64,000 bases of DNA, from assembly GCA_039621445.1 (NCBI GenBank), contig CP154954.1, positions 30,570,395 to 30,634,394 of the forward strand, read 5' to 3'. The position numbers and the translations under genes are program-made. Numbering within the stretch: the first letter of the stretch is position 1; the number at the start of each line of letters is the position of its first letter. Below, piece after piece: positions 1-29,440 of the stretch. Source of the DNA: Euglena gracilis (taxonomy: Eukaryota). The notes below the pieces were generated by a model. The model made no database searches, had not been told where the DNA came from, and worked only from the letters and a program-made list of their open reading frames with translations.

Positions 1-421
1 TTTGATGACTTGGCAACCCTGGGAAGTTGGTCCAAAATACAATTTTTTTTGTTGGCAGGTGGACCCTGTTTGACAGTACCGTTTTTTTGGACCTGGGCTC
101 AAAAAAACTGGCGTAACTCGGACTGGACGCAGAATTAGGATTAATATAGGGTTTTTAGGGTTGCTGGGACCATATGAGATATTTACCTACAAGACAACTT
201 CCAGAAGCCCAGAAGTCATACCGGAAACCTTGATTTGCACAGGCCTAGAGGGGGGGGGGGCTCCCCCTTTCCCCAGGAGTAAGCTTCGCTCTTCCCATCA
301 AGGTTTAGAGCTCAACAGCCCAGGCACGACCACTTCCACAGTTTGTTTGTATTTGCACAGTTTGCTTTTTTTCCTGGCTTTGGAAAAAGGTCAAAACGAA
401 TTTGTATAGTTTGTCTTAAGT

Positions 422-632
422 AAAAAATTTTCGGAGTGCATCTGGTGGTGTCTTCATAAAATGTGCTTAAAACAGCACCACCGGAATTTAAACAGAACAG
501 AATGCAATGGATGGTAAAAAAAATATTTTGCCATCCATTGCATTCTGTTCTGTTTTAATTCTGGTGGTGCTGTTTTAAGCACATTTTATCAGACACCACC
601 TCCCAAATGGTGATCTACTCCAAAATTTTTTG
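422..632. repeat. Long near-perfect palindrome / foldback MITE
   Basis: Arm 444-519 (ggtggtgtc...ataaaatgtgcttaaaacagcaccaccggaatttaaacagaacagaatgcaatggatgg) is the reverse complement of 526-600. Outer arms aaaaaattttcggagt / actccaaaattttt extend it. Confidence 0.85.
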
Positions 633-2544
633 TATTTAGCAAAATGAAGAAGACACATCACTAATATGTGTGCATTCTTTGAATTTAAATCAAAATTTTC
701 GGTATTTGTGGCACAACTCATCTCGCACTTAAGCTTTTTTTTTGGTAGGTGTGTGCAGTTTCGCACATATCGAAAAGTTTGATTTGGCACCGGCATTACC
801 AGAACTTTGAGTGGGAGGAAGCACGATTTGTCAAGATCCGAGCGAATTGAATTGTCATTTTTGGTCCTGGCACTCCCGGTAATTTGACCGATTTTGCGTG
901 GTTGGAGGGTGTGAAACTCCCTGGAGCGAGCCCCCCAAAGTGAGAAACTGCACAAAAACCCCAGTTCACCCACCCCCCATTTCCTGCGTGACGACTGCCA
1001 ACCCCAGGTGGCGCTCTGGAGGTGGGGTGGCAGGTTCACCCCTTTGCTTGCTTTCTGAAGTTTTGCGGCACGTTGTGGAGGAAGTTCACATTCAACAGAT
1101 ACAATGAACTGCTAGAAAGAACTCTGCCCCCGGTGGTTGATTAGGGGATACAGAAGACAGGAGGACGGCCACCAGTTGTTTGTTGAGTTAGCTGGCAAGT
1201 TATCTATCAATTCCCAACAGCGAAAATGATGTCGGTGTGTGCATTTGCGCACACCGACCATTTTAAAGCCAACCAGAGCCTTCTATGCCAGCTGTTTGGA
1301 GCTGGAAAATGAATGCGATGAATTTGTGATATTACCTCTCCTGTATTCCTATGGTGCTTGACCCCCTCTTCTGAATATGGATGGTATTTGGGTGGTTGGC
1401 GTGCGCAATTGCCCACATCAACCTTTAAAATGGTTGATTTGCTCAATTACGCAAGTGGCCAAAATTTATGAATTTCGAAGCTTTGGGGACTTCTGAGACA
1501 AGAGAAGACTGGAAACAGGAAGAGAGCAGTGTGTGGAGGTGTTGTGCTCAAAGCGGTGGTGTTGTGTGGTATGTCTGAGAAAGTCAAAAAAGCGTGTCAA
1601 GGTGTTGAATTTTCTAACCCACTTAACACGAAGATTTTCAAGTATACTGACACATCCATGTTCAGCTAATGTACTGTGCCTCATTTTCGGATGAAAATAC
1701 TGGGTGAAGGGCACTTGCACTTCTAACCCCAAATTTTCAAGATATAACCTGTAAGTGCCGTTTATTTTGATGTTTCAGCAGCCAAAAATGGTTATTCACA
1801 GGCTGAATTGCCAATGCCCAAATTTGGGCCAAAAGGCTGGTCTGTTTGTTGTTTATTTCTTTATTCTGGATTTTCAAGTTGCAGTAATGCCGCACCCTTT
1901 AAATGGCACGTGTGTGAAATTGCACAAATGGTTGGTGTGCGCACGTGTGCAAACCGACCAAACAGACTGTTTGCGCATCTGCGCAAACCAACCACTTTTT
2001 CAATTTTTCAAACACACCAATTTTGGCTGCACATACAGCCCGTTTACTTATCTACACAAATGGTCGATGTGTGCAAGTGCGCATTTGCACAAATGCGCAC
2101 ATCTATTTTGAATCCTCACAAAGTCAAAATTTGGGGGCATCGTTTCAGGCTGAGGCACACCTCACCAAATCTTTCCGGCAATATCCCAAGTTGATGAGGC
2201 AGCAATCAGGGGGTTCCCAAACACGCATGGCAGGTGTCATGCACCCTGTATGCTGTGGTAACACCTGCTCTTTGACACCCTACTGCAAAGTCCTCATTTC
2301 CATCTCCGCGTCCTGGGGCATAACATCACACCCTGCATTTTTGGGTATTTGGGGGTCAGGTGATGTCTTTTTCAAAAAAAAATGTCCATTTGGGCATTTG
2401 CCCACATCGACAAAGAAAAAATCTTTCAGTGCGAAATGCACCGCCTGAGGTTATTTCGCGGCCAGCACTTTTCAAGCGGTTTCCCATGTTCCCACACTGT
2501 CCCCCCCCCACCGGCCAAGCGGCGGCTTTCCTTCCCCACCGCAG

Positions 2545-18839
<16,295 letters not shown>

Positions 18840-19359
18840 GCACAGATCGAGACAAGCCCCCCCCCAGCAGAATGCGATACCAATGCTCGTTTTGCCATAG
18901 AAATTTGCATACATTTCACCATAAAAAATTTATTCTGTCATTTGGTATGCAATGTCGCTTCTTTTGTCCCAAAGAGAAGAATACCCGCATTCTCACCAGT
19001 TTTTTTTCCAACCCAGCATCGCGGATGTTCTTCCCTCTTGCAAAAATTAAATGCTCGATTCCTTTTTTTTTTGCAGCCCTCGACTCCCTTTTGCATTTGC
19101 CACACCTGTGAGAAAAAGTATTATTCATTTGGCATAACCACAAATTTGCATTGGATGAGAAACTTTTATTTAAGGTGGTAAATCAAAAGAACCCCCAAAA
19201 GCTCATTGTATGAAAGCATAGACCATGTGGGGACTTTCGGGTTCTGCACGTGATTGGAATACAAAGAGCCGTGGGAGCGGAGTGTATAACAAAATGTGAT
19301 TGTGATTGATGTGAATCTGCTACCACGGATTGCTGTTGCGTGCCTCTTTTTTTTTGCAA

Positions 19360-21250
19360 AGAACAATGTCCACTGGACAACATGGGCGATCTTTATGCAA
19401 CCCCCCGGTCAATTATTCAATATTTTTCCCCCAGGTTGAAAATTTTTCCCCAAACCAAAATTCTGAAGGGCACCCCTGACTGGGATTCAGCCACATGGTG
19501 GCCCCAATTAATGAAAATGAAAGTTCCAAAGACCCCTCAGAAGGAATTCTTTGGCCCATGTCGCACAGTCGAGAAAATTTGTCATTTGTACTCCTGTAAT
19601 GCGTTCACTGCTGTGGCCTCCCAGTGGGGCCACATATCCACAAAACTGGGCAGTTTTTTGTTGCCTGGGGAGGCAAATATGTCTGCTTCCAACTGTATGA
19701 AATTTTGCAAATGCTCCCTTAGCATTGAAAAAGTTGGGGGTCTAAAGAGTAATCCCCCCTGTCCATTTCCCATCTGCTCATGGGGTCTGCCAGGCATTCA
19801 ATTGAAGGCACCAAGTTGACCTGGAGATTTATTTGGTGCTCCAAGGTCTTTTACATTCATGTGCAAGATCTTTTCTCCGAAATTCCCGCACAATTTCTCC
19901 TGTGTGGATGTCCAGACCCCCTAGGTACTGCTGTCTGAGTGCAATTCTCTGGTTGCATTTTGGGGGAAGGGTCCCCCATAATTGGGCCTTCATTTCCTGA
20001 GAAATGGGGTGTTTCGAGCCCCAGGTGGCTGTGTATTTTGCCAATTTGCCAGGGCATCCGTAAAAAGCCTTAAAAACGGCAGGGCCATTTGATTGCACTT
20101 TATTTGACACAAAATGGCAGCCAGCTGACATGTAATCTTTTTTACAATTTGTCCCAGCTCCTTTTTTATGGTTTTGATTTTCTAGGGGGCAATTTTAACT
20201 TTCCTTCTTTGAAGTTCAGTGGAAAACCCAGATGGTTTGCCATTTGGGTGGGCTGAAGGATGGACTTTTCACATTGATTTTTAAACCCTGATTTTTTGTA
20301 AATCTCTGACGATAGTGTTCAGGTGATGTTGCAAAATGTTTTGGGGGGGGCTACCAGTAAAATGTCACGCAGATAAATAAACCCCTGGATGCTCCTTCTT
20401 TTCCAGAGATTTTCGAATGATTTCAGCACTGACATGAAAATTTCGGGCGCTGCGTTTGGCTCAAAGCAATGCTTGAAACCTTGCCCTGCCCTTTTCCCCT
20501 GGTAGGGTTCGTGATGAAGAAATGATTTGGGGGGAGGTGCTGTGGTCCTGTCCTGCCCCTGCCACCGGGCATCTGTTTGTGGAATCGGCCTCCCTGGCCT
20601 TGGTATTGTTGGCCGCCCTTGCATGTGTTCCATCGGCCACCATGGCCTTTGCTGTTCTGGCCGCCATGGCCCAGCCTGCTTTTTTGGCCGCCATGGCCCA
20701 GCTTGAACAAGGTATTGGTGTAACTGGGATATGGGCCTCCATGGCCCTTGCCGTTGTGGCCTTGGCTTTGGTGTCCGTCGGGTTCTTCTGACCACTGTCT
20801 GCCAAAGTCTGTGGCTGTCACTGGGTGGGTTTTTAAAAACTTTTTCTGGGGGGGAAGGGACAGCCACGGTTCGCCACGGTTGCACTGCGCCGTCAGGTCG
20901 TCCAGCTGTGGCTGCAGCCAGTTCTTGTTGTTCAGCGACGCTCTTCTTCGTGTTGGAAATTGCATTTCTCATTGAAGTCTTGAATATGTCGACAATTTTT
21001 GATTTGATATTCTCCACTATCGTCGCCCTCTGGATAATTCGATTGACTTCACTCTCTGAAATTCAATTGTCGGGGTCTTTGAATTGCAGTTCCTTTCTTC
21101 TGGGTTGTCGAAGGGCAAATTAAGAATCAGCCAACTCCGGCGAAAAAAAGGCACAAGCAGGGACTCCTAACCCAACGCACCCAAACAATCCAAACACCGC
21201 CGGCGAGCAAGGTATGGCCTCACAAGGGCAAAGTGCGGAGCCCGAGGTGT
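19360..21250 (-). mobile_element. Decayed, internally deleted DIRS retrotransposon (gag, RT, RNase H, Dam-like MTase fragments)
   Basis: PEIFMSVLKSFENLWKRRSIQGFIYLRDILLV (RT), GGLDIHTGEIVREF (RH), EADIFASPGNKKLPSFV..WPHWEATAVNAL (MT). 5' ITR-like segment at 21126-21250. Confidence 0.85.
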
Positions 21251-21377
21251 CCTTGCCCCTTTGGGTCAATTTTTGCTGCCCTGTTTCCCCCCCCCAAGAA
21301 GCTGGATATGATCCAGCTTGAAAGGGTTCGCTTGAAGCGGCAAATTTTTCACTCAATCGCCGATCGCTTTTTGACAC

Positions 21378-22270
21378 CGCGGGCTCCGCACTTTGCCCTT
21401 GTGAGGCCATGCCTTGCTCGCCAGCGGTGTTGCGGGATTGCTCGTTGCGATGGGTTAGGGGGTCCCGCTTAGTGTCTTTTCGCCGGAGTTGGCTGACTCT
21501 GACTCTGACCCTCCGGCGCCAAGAGGAAAGAAACAGTGTCTCGAACGAAGAAGAACAAAGAGAAGTCAACAGAGTAAGAGTGTCCCGAAAGACACGAACC
21601 TCACGAGTGTCAATTTACAAGCCAATTATCAGTTTTAAATCTGACTTCGACGGACAATGCTGTAGAGAAGAAATTTTCATCAAACACCCGACGTGAACTA
21701 CCTGGAGCAGCAGTCGCCGCAGCAGCTGGAGAACCTGGTGGTGCGGACAAAACGTGGCGAACCGTGGCCGTCCCTTTCCCCTAGATCCCTTCATCAAAAA
21801 TTTCCCAGAAAAAACCCCACCCAGTGACGGCCACGGACTGTGGACCACAGTGGCCAGAAATAAAAGAACGAGGAAGGAACCCCCAGCGCAGAAACACCTG
21901 GGAAATGGGGTCCAAAAACCAAGCCGGATTGGACAAAAGAAACCCGAAGGATTCCAGAGGCAAAAGCGGGGAAGATGGAATCAAGGACAAGGTAGTGGCC
22001 ATGGAGGCCAATTCTACAGGCAACTTCCCACAGGAAGGGGAAGAAAAGGTCTGTCAAATCCCCCCAATTTTTCAAAAACAACAACCCCTCCCAAGGGGAA
22101 GAAGGGGGGGCACAGCAGCCCCCCCCAGATTTCCGGTGGAGCTGGAGACCAAGGCCAAGAACAGTCCATCCTCCCAGCCACCAGCCCGTGGGGGGGTCCG
22201 GGTGCCGCCGCTGGAACCGGGTTTTCCCCAAAAATGGTGGGCTCAAGTCATTTTCGGGTGTTTCCCCCGG
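21378..22270 (+). mobile_element. 5' fragment of a DIRS element of the same family, head-to-head with the previous one
   Basis: 21378-21497 is an inverted copy of 21126-21246. The motif gtggcgaaccgtggccgtccc at 21754 matches 20858-20878 on the minus strand. Confidence 0.7.
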
Positions 22271-23689
22271 GTTCCCTCCCGTCTGGGACTCCCCGCGTAG
22301 GATCGGTAACAACATTTCAAAAATTCCCCCAACTCCCATTGAAAACCTTTGGTGCTATCCTTCGAAATGCGGTTTGCCAACCCAAAAAAGAGCAGATAGC
22401 ACAAAGAATGCCACACACCAACACCGATGTCCGGGAGTCCACACACACCAGAATGGGTCAAAAAGGTGGCCGGATGGCGTCCGGCAGTTGGAAAATCCCC
22501 TGTAACAATTAAATCAATCCACTTCCACCGTAGAATTCAAATAGTTGTCAAATATCCAAGAAATCTTGATGACTTGAATTCCGCTTCCAAAACTTAAACT
22601 TCGGATAATGGTCAATAAAAAAACCTACAAATGTCTGTGAAATGGGGATAATTAGCTACCTTTGGGGTTTTTGTTCAAAGTGGAGAATGAATTGGAAAGT
22701 TTCTGAAAAGTGGATTTAAGCGCGCACTTAGCGATGTTATGCGCGAAAAATGGTCCTTTGGGTGCTTCCCCCCCCTCAGACCTTTGACGACCCCCAACAG
22801 TCTACACCCCCTCCCTTGCGACTTTAGTCGGACTCCGAAAAAAATTAAATCAGAAAGTCAAAAAATTAAAAAAAATTATGAAAGTCGCATGCTTTGGAGG
22901 CAGAGGGTCAAACTCGGGGAATACCCCTTGGTGAGAAATGAGGAATGGAATGACGAAACAGGCTATGCGCCTCTCCAAAATTCAGAACTTACATTGTATG
23001 CCAACCCATACAATGTGTTCACCATCTTCCGATCAAGCACATAAAAGCCCCATGATGCCACCAAAAAAGCGCACGTGTGTGTGTGTGCGCGCGTGTGTCT
23101 GTGTGTGTATGTGTGTGCGTGTGCATGCGTCCAACTCCTCCTTCAATTGCCTTCAAGTCCAAATCCGAAGTCCGTTCCCAATGGAAAAATGGGCAAGGGG
23201 AACTTTCTTCACATTCTTGGTATGTGCCCACCCCAACTATTTGTTCTTGCGACCATGTGCGAATGAAACGGGCAGCATTTCCTCCCTTTTTTGTCATCGT
23301 TGTGGGCGGAAACTGTCCCCCCCCCCCTTGGAATGGTGTATCCCTCTTCAAAAAACATAACTTGAAAATGCATGAGGGAAGACCCAACTTGAACCTACTT
23401 AACAATTTTGGTGAAAAATGTGAGGGTGAATCCACCTTTGAAACCAAGGAGCGTCCTACTTGATTCCAAGGGAAAAGAATCACAAAACCTCTCAACTCAC
23501 TCCGGTGAACGAAAAGGAATTGGTGTCATAAACAAAAGGTTGTTCCGGGCTCGGAGCCATTGCTTCTGTCCAATGGAAATTCTTGCCAAGGGGAATGGCT
23601 CATGCCCCCCCCCCCTTTACTCTGGGGAACATCCATGGCCGCTCCTCCTTTCCCAAGGAGAAAATTGCTTGCCACCCCCCTTTTGGGGG

Positions 23690-23880
23690 TAATGAAAAAT
23701 TGCCCCCCTTTCTTCCGGGGGGGTTAAAAATTCGGCCTCCCCCCCGGGGGGGATAAAAATCCCCCCTCCCCCCCTCCGGGGAGTTGAAAAAATTGGCCTC
23801 CCCCCCCGGGGGGAAAATAAAAAATTCACCGTCCCCCCCTCCGGGGGAGTTGAAAAAATCAGCCCCCCCCCCCCCCCAGG
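23690..23880. repeat. Degenerate ~30-bp tandem repeat (ccccccggggg-aaaaa)
   Basis: Direct inspection; similar-style array at 55725-55950. Confidence 0.7.
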
Positions 23881-24044
23881 GGGTATGTGCTCACAACTCC
23901 ATCTCCTTGAAGGGCTTCAAAAAATTTTGGGAGAAAATGCGAAAAGAGTTCTTGCGAGTGTCCAACCGATACCACAGGGGCTATGGCCATCCAACAAATC
24001 TCACACTCTCCCTACTTACATTTTTGCTCTCGGGACTCTCCAGC

Positions 24045-25652
24045 TGCCGGGGGGGGTATGGGTGTAGGGGCGCGTGGGGGAAGGGAGGAAGGACGGACGG
24101 ATATAAAAGCGATGGGAGGACCTCTAAGAGGCCATTCGTTGATGGGCGGCAGCAGTGGTCGCGGCAGGGGTGGGCGGGCATTCCTTCACCACCCGAGGTT
24201 AATGATAATGGAGTGGCCGCCGCCCTTGCCCTTGCCGGTGCCTTGTGGCGGCCAAGGCTCGGGTGGTGGCGCCGCCGACCACCCTTTCCCCTTGCCGTGA
24301 GGCATGGAGTAGGGGTGCGCGGCCCAGCACACCCTTGCCAGGTGTCCCCACTTCCCGCACTTGTTCCACCGCCTCCGCTGCGATGCCTTTGTGGGCGTAG
24401 GTGTAGAAGTGTGGGTTGGCGAAGTTGGAGTTGGTGTCGAGATAGGCTTCGGCGGTAACTCAAGGCTATCGCGAAGCTTGGCAACAAAATACATGCCTCT
24501 CCACCCCCCTTTTTTGCAAATCGTGGAGCCTGAAAATTGGCTCCCGGAAGTCTTTGAGGATGACATCGAACCAATGGTCACCCCCCTCCCCCGTGCCTCA
24601 AAATTGGCACACACCGCACTAAACCCACCTCAGGGCCTCGTCGGCCCACGTGCGGTCTTCGGACCACGTGGTGTTAAACCCCCCATTCATGGGGGTTTCC
24701 CGTTGTGGTCGTGGTTGTGGTCCGGGGGCTTGTCCATTCAACCGTCGTTGGTGTTCCGGGGGGGCTTGCCCAACCGTGCGTCGTGGGGGGGGGGTGAGTA
24801 GCCTCTGGCTCCAACTCGACCCCGGCTCCCAAAAATGGGGGGTCCATACCTTCGAGGGGGATGTGTGTTGTCCAAAAGCCGCATCTCCAACACATTGATT
24901 TGTGTCCCAACCTCTTTCCTTGTCAGCGCATCCCCCCATGGAGTGCAGTCCTCCTCAAAGCCGCAAGTGGTGCAGGCTTTTGTGTACTTTCGACCCTGCC
25001 TAAAAATTGTTGGCAACAAAAGGGTCGTCTCATGAAAACAATTTCCACAAATTTCGTTGAGTTCCCCCGAACTCCTCATTTCAAGCACGCGCCTGTACTC
25101 GGCACGCCACCCTTCTTCTTCGTTCGTCCCCCCCCAACCCGGCGTGATGTTTTGTGTGTTGTTGAAATCGTCGAGCGTAGAAGTAGGAGTGTTAGAGGCG
25201 GCGTGGATGGGGGCGGTGGTGTTGGTGTCGGTGTTGGAGGTGACGGCGGCGGTGAAAGCGTTGATGGTGGTCATGTTGTAATCGACAAAGGGGACCTTCC
25301 AACCTCCGTGCCCCCTTCCTTCCTCCCTCCTACCTTTGAAGGAATGCCCACACTTTGGTATTTACACATATACAGCGGCTATTTACAATATTTACAAAGT
25401 CGGGGCTCCCGGCGTGCTGGAGCTTCCCGCTTCACTCCTGTGACAAAGAGGCCAATTCCAAACAACAAGAATAAGCAAGATAAAATGTCGCGGGGAAAGC
25501 AAACAAAATAATGATGCACATACGTGTGCACGCAAAGCAAAATGAAACGTGTGTGAATGTGCCCGCACACAAAGGAAACGTGCACATACAAAATGGAGGA
25601 TAGAAATGAGCGGAGGAGCGTGAAACCAAGGCCCCTCCTGTGCCGCACGGCA
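24045..25652 (-). repeat. Putative 1.6-kb 3' LTR containing a Zn-finger ORF
   Basis: Follows the chromodomain and a purine-rich tract. TGCCG...CGGCA inverted termini. The pyrimidine-rich end resembles the end of LTR 55334-55588. Confidence 0.5.
24186..25274 (-). pseudogene. Frameshifted ORF with CxxC..CxxC zinc ribbon and CCHC knuckle
   Basis: ICGNC...ACTTCG (24738-25274) and WNKCGKWGHLARVC (24186-24614). Confidence 0.6.
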
Positions 25653-25769
25653 CTCGGCCCCGTTCCACCTCCCAGAGCTTCTAAAAATTGAGCTCACCGT
25701 GAAAATTTGAAAATAAAAACAAAATTGAGCCTCAATGAAATTGGCTCATAAAGATTTTTGAAGTTCCCC

Positions 25770-26520
25770 CATTAAATTCAGCTTCAAATTTTTGTGTGCG
25801 CAATACCGAACCAATTCATGGCTAAACCGATGAATGAAATTTCCATTGGGTTCCCAGGTTTCTTCCCCCTTCTCATAACCAACCCACTTGGTGGGAAATT
25901 CCTATGTATCCCCCTTCCTACGGCGGGCCAAAATTTTCTCAACCTCCCATTCATCGGGCATTGCCTCCTCCTCTTTTTCCGTCTGTTTGAAAAAATACAA
26001 AGGAACCCCTTTACCAAAAACCGGTTGTTCCCTATACTCCTTGAGAAAACTTCGGTGTGTCTTAATTTGCACACCCGGTTTGGTTTCCACAACATAACTC
26101 CTCTCTCCCTCCCGAGCTTTGACGATACCGGGACCAATCCACCTCGAGTTTAATTTTTCACCCGAACCCTCGGGTGGTTTGTACCACACATGGGTTCCAA
26201 TTTTTAATGGTTCCATTTCTCTTCGACCTTGGTTAATCCTTTTAGCTTGGACCTCATGGGTGTGGTTTAAAACCTTTGCCACCGTTTCATCGATTAGCTT
26301 CATTCGATGAAACAATTGTTGGGCATCCTCGCACTCTTTGGAATCTTGGTAAGGTTTCCCCCCAAGGGGACGTTCCCTACCGGTCGTAATTTGGTTTTTG
26401 CTAAAACCGCCCTCCCCCTTCACATCATGAATCCTATCCAAAGATTGGGGTAAAGCCTCAACCCAATTCATTTTTCGGTCCACAAAGAGTTTCCTCAAAT
26501 GGACCAGAATTTTGTTCAAT
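25770..26520 (-). mobile_element. Ty3/Gypsy integrase C-terminus + chromodomain relic
   Basis: NWVEALP..KLNSRWIGP..SYVVE..DEWEVEKILARR; clearly homologous to 54500-55260. Confidence 0.9.
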
Positions 26521-28180
26521 TTCAATTGCACGGCCATGGAGGCCAACAAGTGCAGGGCCATGGTGGCCAGTTTTCACAGGGCCATGGATGCCAGAATTTA
26601 TCAGGAGGCTAAATGCGCCATCGAGGCCATGGGGGCCAAAGGGGTGGACCAGAAATGGCCCCCCATAAGCTAAGGTGCAAACCTTATATAAATCAACTGC
26701 AGCAGCCCCAGTGGGATGCCCCAACAGGGGCCGTGGAGGACAAGGGGTAAACCCCCCCCTCACCTTTCTTCTTCGATGCCCATGGCAGGGGCAAGTCAAG
26801 ACAAGGGGGATACCCAAAAGGGGGCTCCTATTGTATGTCAAATGGCAACAGCAATGACAAAGTGGAGGATCAGAGAGCCTGCGAGAAGAGCATGCACCCC
26901 CCCCCCAGCAACCCTTGCAGAATGCTCAATCCCGAGGGGCACCAGGGGTGCAATGTCCAACACCCCCAACCAGCCAAGAAAATCACCTGATTGGGGAAAC
27001 AAATTCCATGGAGGAAAAATGGGGAGACACCCCCCTGCACCAGAGGCTTCAGAAAAGTCTAAAATTGTGGTCAAAACATCCCCCCCAGCAACATGTCAAT
27101 TTATCAAAAATGGAATTCAACCCCCCTGGATAAATCTCCCAAAATTATCCACACACCCAACACCCAGAGCCAACTTGAACCTGAACCAGGCAGAAAAAAT
27201 TCTACTGGATTACGAAAAAACTGGATCAATAAAACGAGTTTGGGATTCAGAAACCCAGAATTTAATCCCATGGTTTTTTTATTTCAAAACCAGAAGGGGG
27301 AACAACCAAATGGAGAATGATCAGCGACTGCAGAGAAATAAATCAGCAGTTTCAAGTAAAACCTTTCAAGCTGTATCACATCCAGCACACTTTTCCTGTT
27401 CTGTAAAAAGGCCACTGGGCAGCCAAAATAGACTTAAAAGATGCCTATTTCCACATCCCAGTGAGCCAGTCCTTAAGGCCATTTTTAAGACATCAAGTGG
27501 GGTGGCAGACCTGGGAATTTTAGGCCGGCTGCTTTGGGTTAAACGTAATGTCACAAATTTTCATGAGTGTGATGAAAACATTCGAAAAACTGTGGAGAAA
27601 CAGGGGCATACATATTTTTATTTACCTGTATGGCATTTTACTGGTGGCCCCAACCAAAACGTTTTGCAAAATCATCTCAACTCTGTAGTCCTCGATTGAA
27701 TACAATCAGGATTCAAAATGAACATAAAAAAAGTCCACCCTGCAGCCCACCCAGATAGTCAATCATTTGGGTTTTCAACAAAATTTCCAGGACGGGAATT
27801 GCAGGTACCAGCCCAAAAAGTCAAGACCATAAAAAAGGAGCTGGGCAAAATTGTGAAAAAAAACATTCCATGTCAAAAAGGCAACTGGCTGCCATTTTGG
27901 GCCAGATAAGGTGCAACCTAATGGCCCTGCCTTTTTTAAGGGCCTTCACAGAATCCCTGACAAAGTTTTTAGTGGAAACCTCCACTGCCCCTTGGGACTC
28001 AAAGCACACCATTTCCCAGGAAATCAAGGCCCGATTGAGTGAAATCAAAATTCTCCTGGACACCTGGGGGAGAAGACCCTTCCCCCAAAATGCAACCGGA
28101 GAGTTGCACTCAGACAGCTGCACTCATTCCTGGGGGGGACTGGACATCCACACAGGAGAAATTGTGCAGGAATTTTGGAG
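26520..28180 (+). mobile_element. DIRS relic: gag end, RT and RNase H N-half
   Basis: Across frameshifts: KWRMISDCREIN, WAAKIDLKDAYFHIP, GCFGLNVMSQIF, IYLYGILLV, LHSDSCTHSWGGLD. Confidence 0.9.
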
Positions 28181-29440
28181 CTTTGTACACAATGTACAAA
28201 TATCAGTGGGCATTGGGGCCTGTGCCAGCCCCAGGAGGATTGGAGGGGGTCACAAAATGCACCATATTTCTCCAAATTTTGGTTCCAGAGCCTCTTGTAA
28301 GGGGTCAACAGGGTGTTTCATCTCAGCCCACCAAACCCATGAATCAAAAGCATAGCACTGTATGCATTACGGGCTTGGGCCTTGGAATATAAAAAAAGTG
28401 AATTAAAGCGTCAGCCACCTGGTCTGTGGTGGCTTCAGGGGGGGTACCCCCATTTTCTCCAAAATAACCCACAAAAGTGAAAGGCACTTTGATAACGCCT
28501 TAAGCTTGGATTTCTCACCGGGAAATCGTTAACGGTTTCAATCTGTACTTGCTTCCCCTCCAAAATTTTACTGAGCAAATCATGCAGAGTAGGGGCCATC
28601 TGGGGTGTGGCATTTTCCCCCCTGCAGTTGGTGAACATACCCCTTGTAGGGGGTGATTTTCAGGCAGTCGGTCCCTGGCACTCTAATCTTTATTAACTGG
28701 GGCCACCATGTGGCTGAATCCCAGTGGGGGGTGACCATCAAAACTTTGGTCTGCTGAAACATCTTTAACCTGGGAAGGAATTTTTGAATAACTGACCAGG
28801 CGGGTTTGAATAAAGATCGCCCATGTTGTCCAATGGACGTTGCAATGCATCCACTGCTGTGGCCTCCCAGTGGGGCCACCTGGCCACAAATTTGGGCAGC
28901 TTTTTGTTGCCTGGGGAGGCAAATAAATCTGTTTCCAAATTTATGAAATATTTGAACTGCTGCCTTAGCCATTGAAAAAGTTGGTGGTCTAAAAAATAAT
29001 CCCCCCTGTCCATTTCCCATCTGCTTGGGTGGTCTGCCAGGCATTCTTTTGAAGGCACCTTGCAGGTTTACTTTGTGTTCTATGCACCATTTGAAAAATG
29101 GTCTCAGCACTGTGTTGAAGGGGATCTTCTCTGCCCCCCCCCCCTTTGGTCAGGTAATAGTAAATTTCCTGGTTGTCCACTGACAAGGAAACTGTTTCCC
29201 CAGGTTTGCTTAAACCTTTCACAATGTTTATAGCTGCACTCAACTATTTTACATTTATGTGCAACAAATGGATTCAAAGAAGCGAACACCACTGACCAGT
29301 CAATGCCCCAAAATTTCTCAAGGCCCTTGAGATCGTGAGACAGGCACAAGCACATCACAACAAAAACTTGCCGATAAACCCAGGAATTTTTTCCGTTCAG
29401 CTTTTTCTGTGTGTTCCACTGTGTCGTACCCCCCACCCTA
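28180..29440 (-). mobile_element. DIRS relic: RNase H C-half, Dam-like N6-adenine MTase, start of tyrosine recombinase (opposite orientation to the preceding part)
   Basis: HINVK*LSAAINIVK..VDNQ, LAD.PSRW, ETDLFASPGN..DALQ..LYSNPP..VTPHWDSATWWPQL. Confidence 0.88.

Noticed and set aside
134-162. Telomere-like ttaggg/ttagga
   Set aside because: Isolated hexamers, no array.
19310-19360. atCTGctacc|A as acceptor for the last POLL exon
   Set aside because: Register fits, but the translation (HGLLLRASFF) is unlike the Pol lambda C-terminus and runs into DIRS sequence.
23690-23880. CRISPR-like short repeats (also 12062-12510, 32821-32935, 55725-55950)
   Set aside because: No unique spacers, degenerate tandem units, no cas genes, eukaryotic context.
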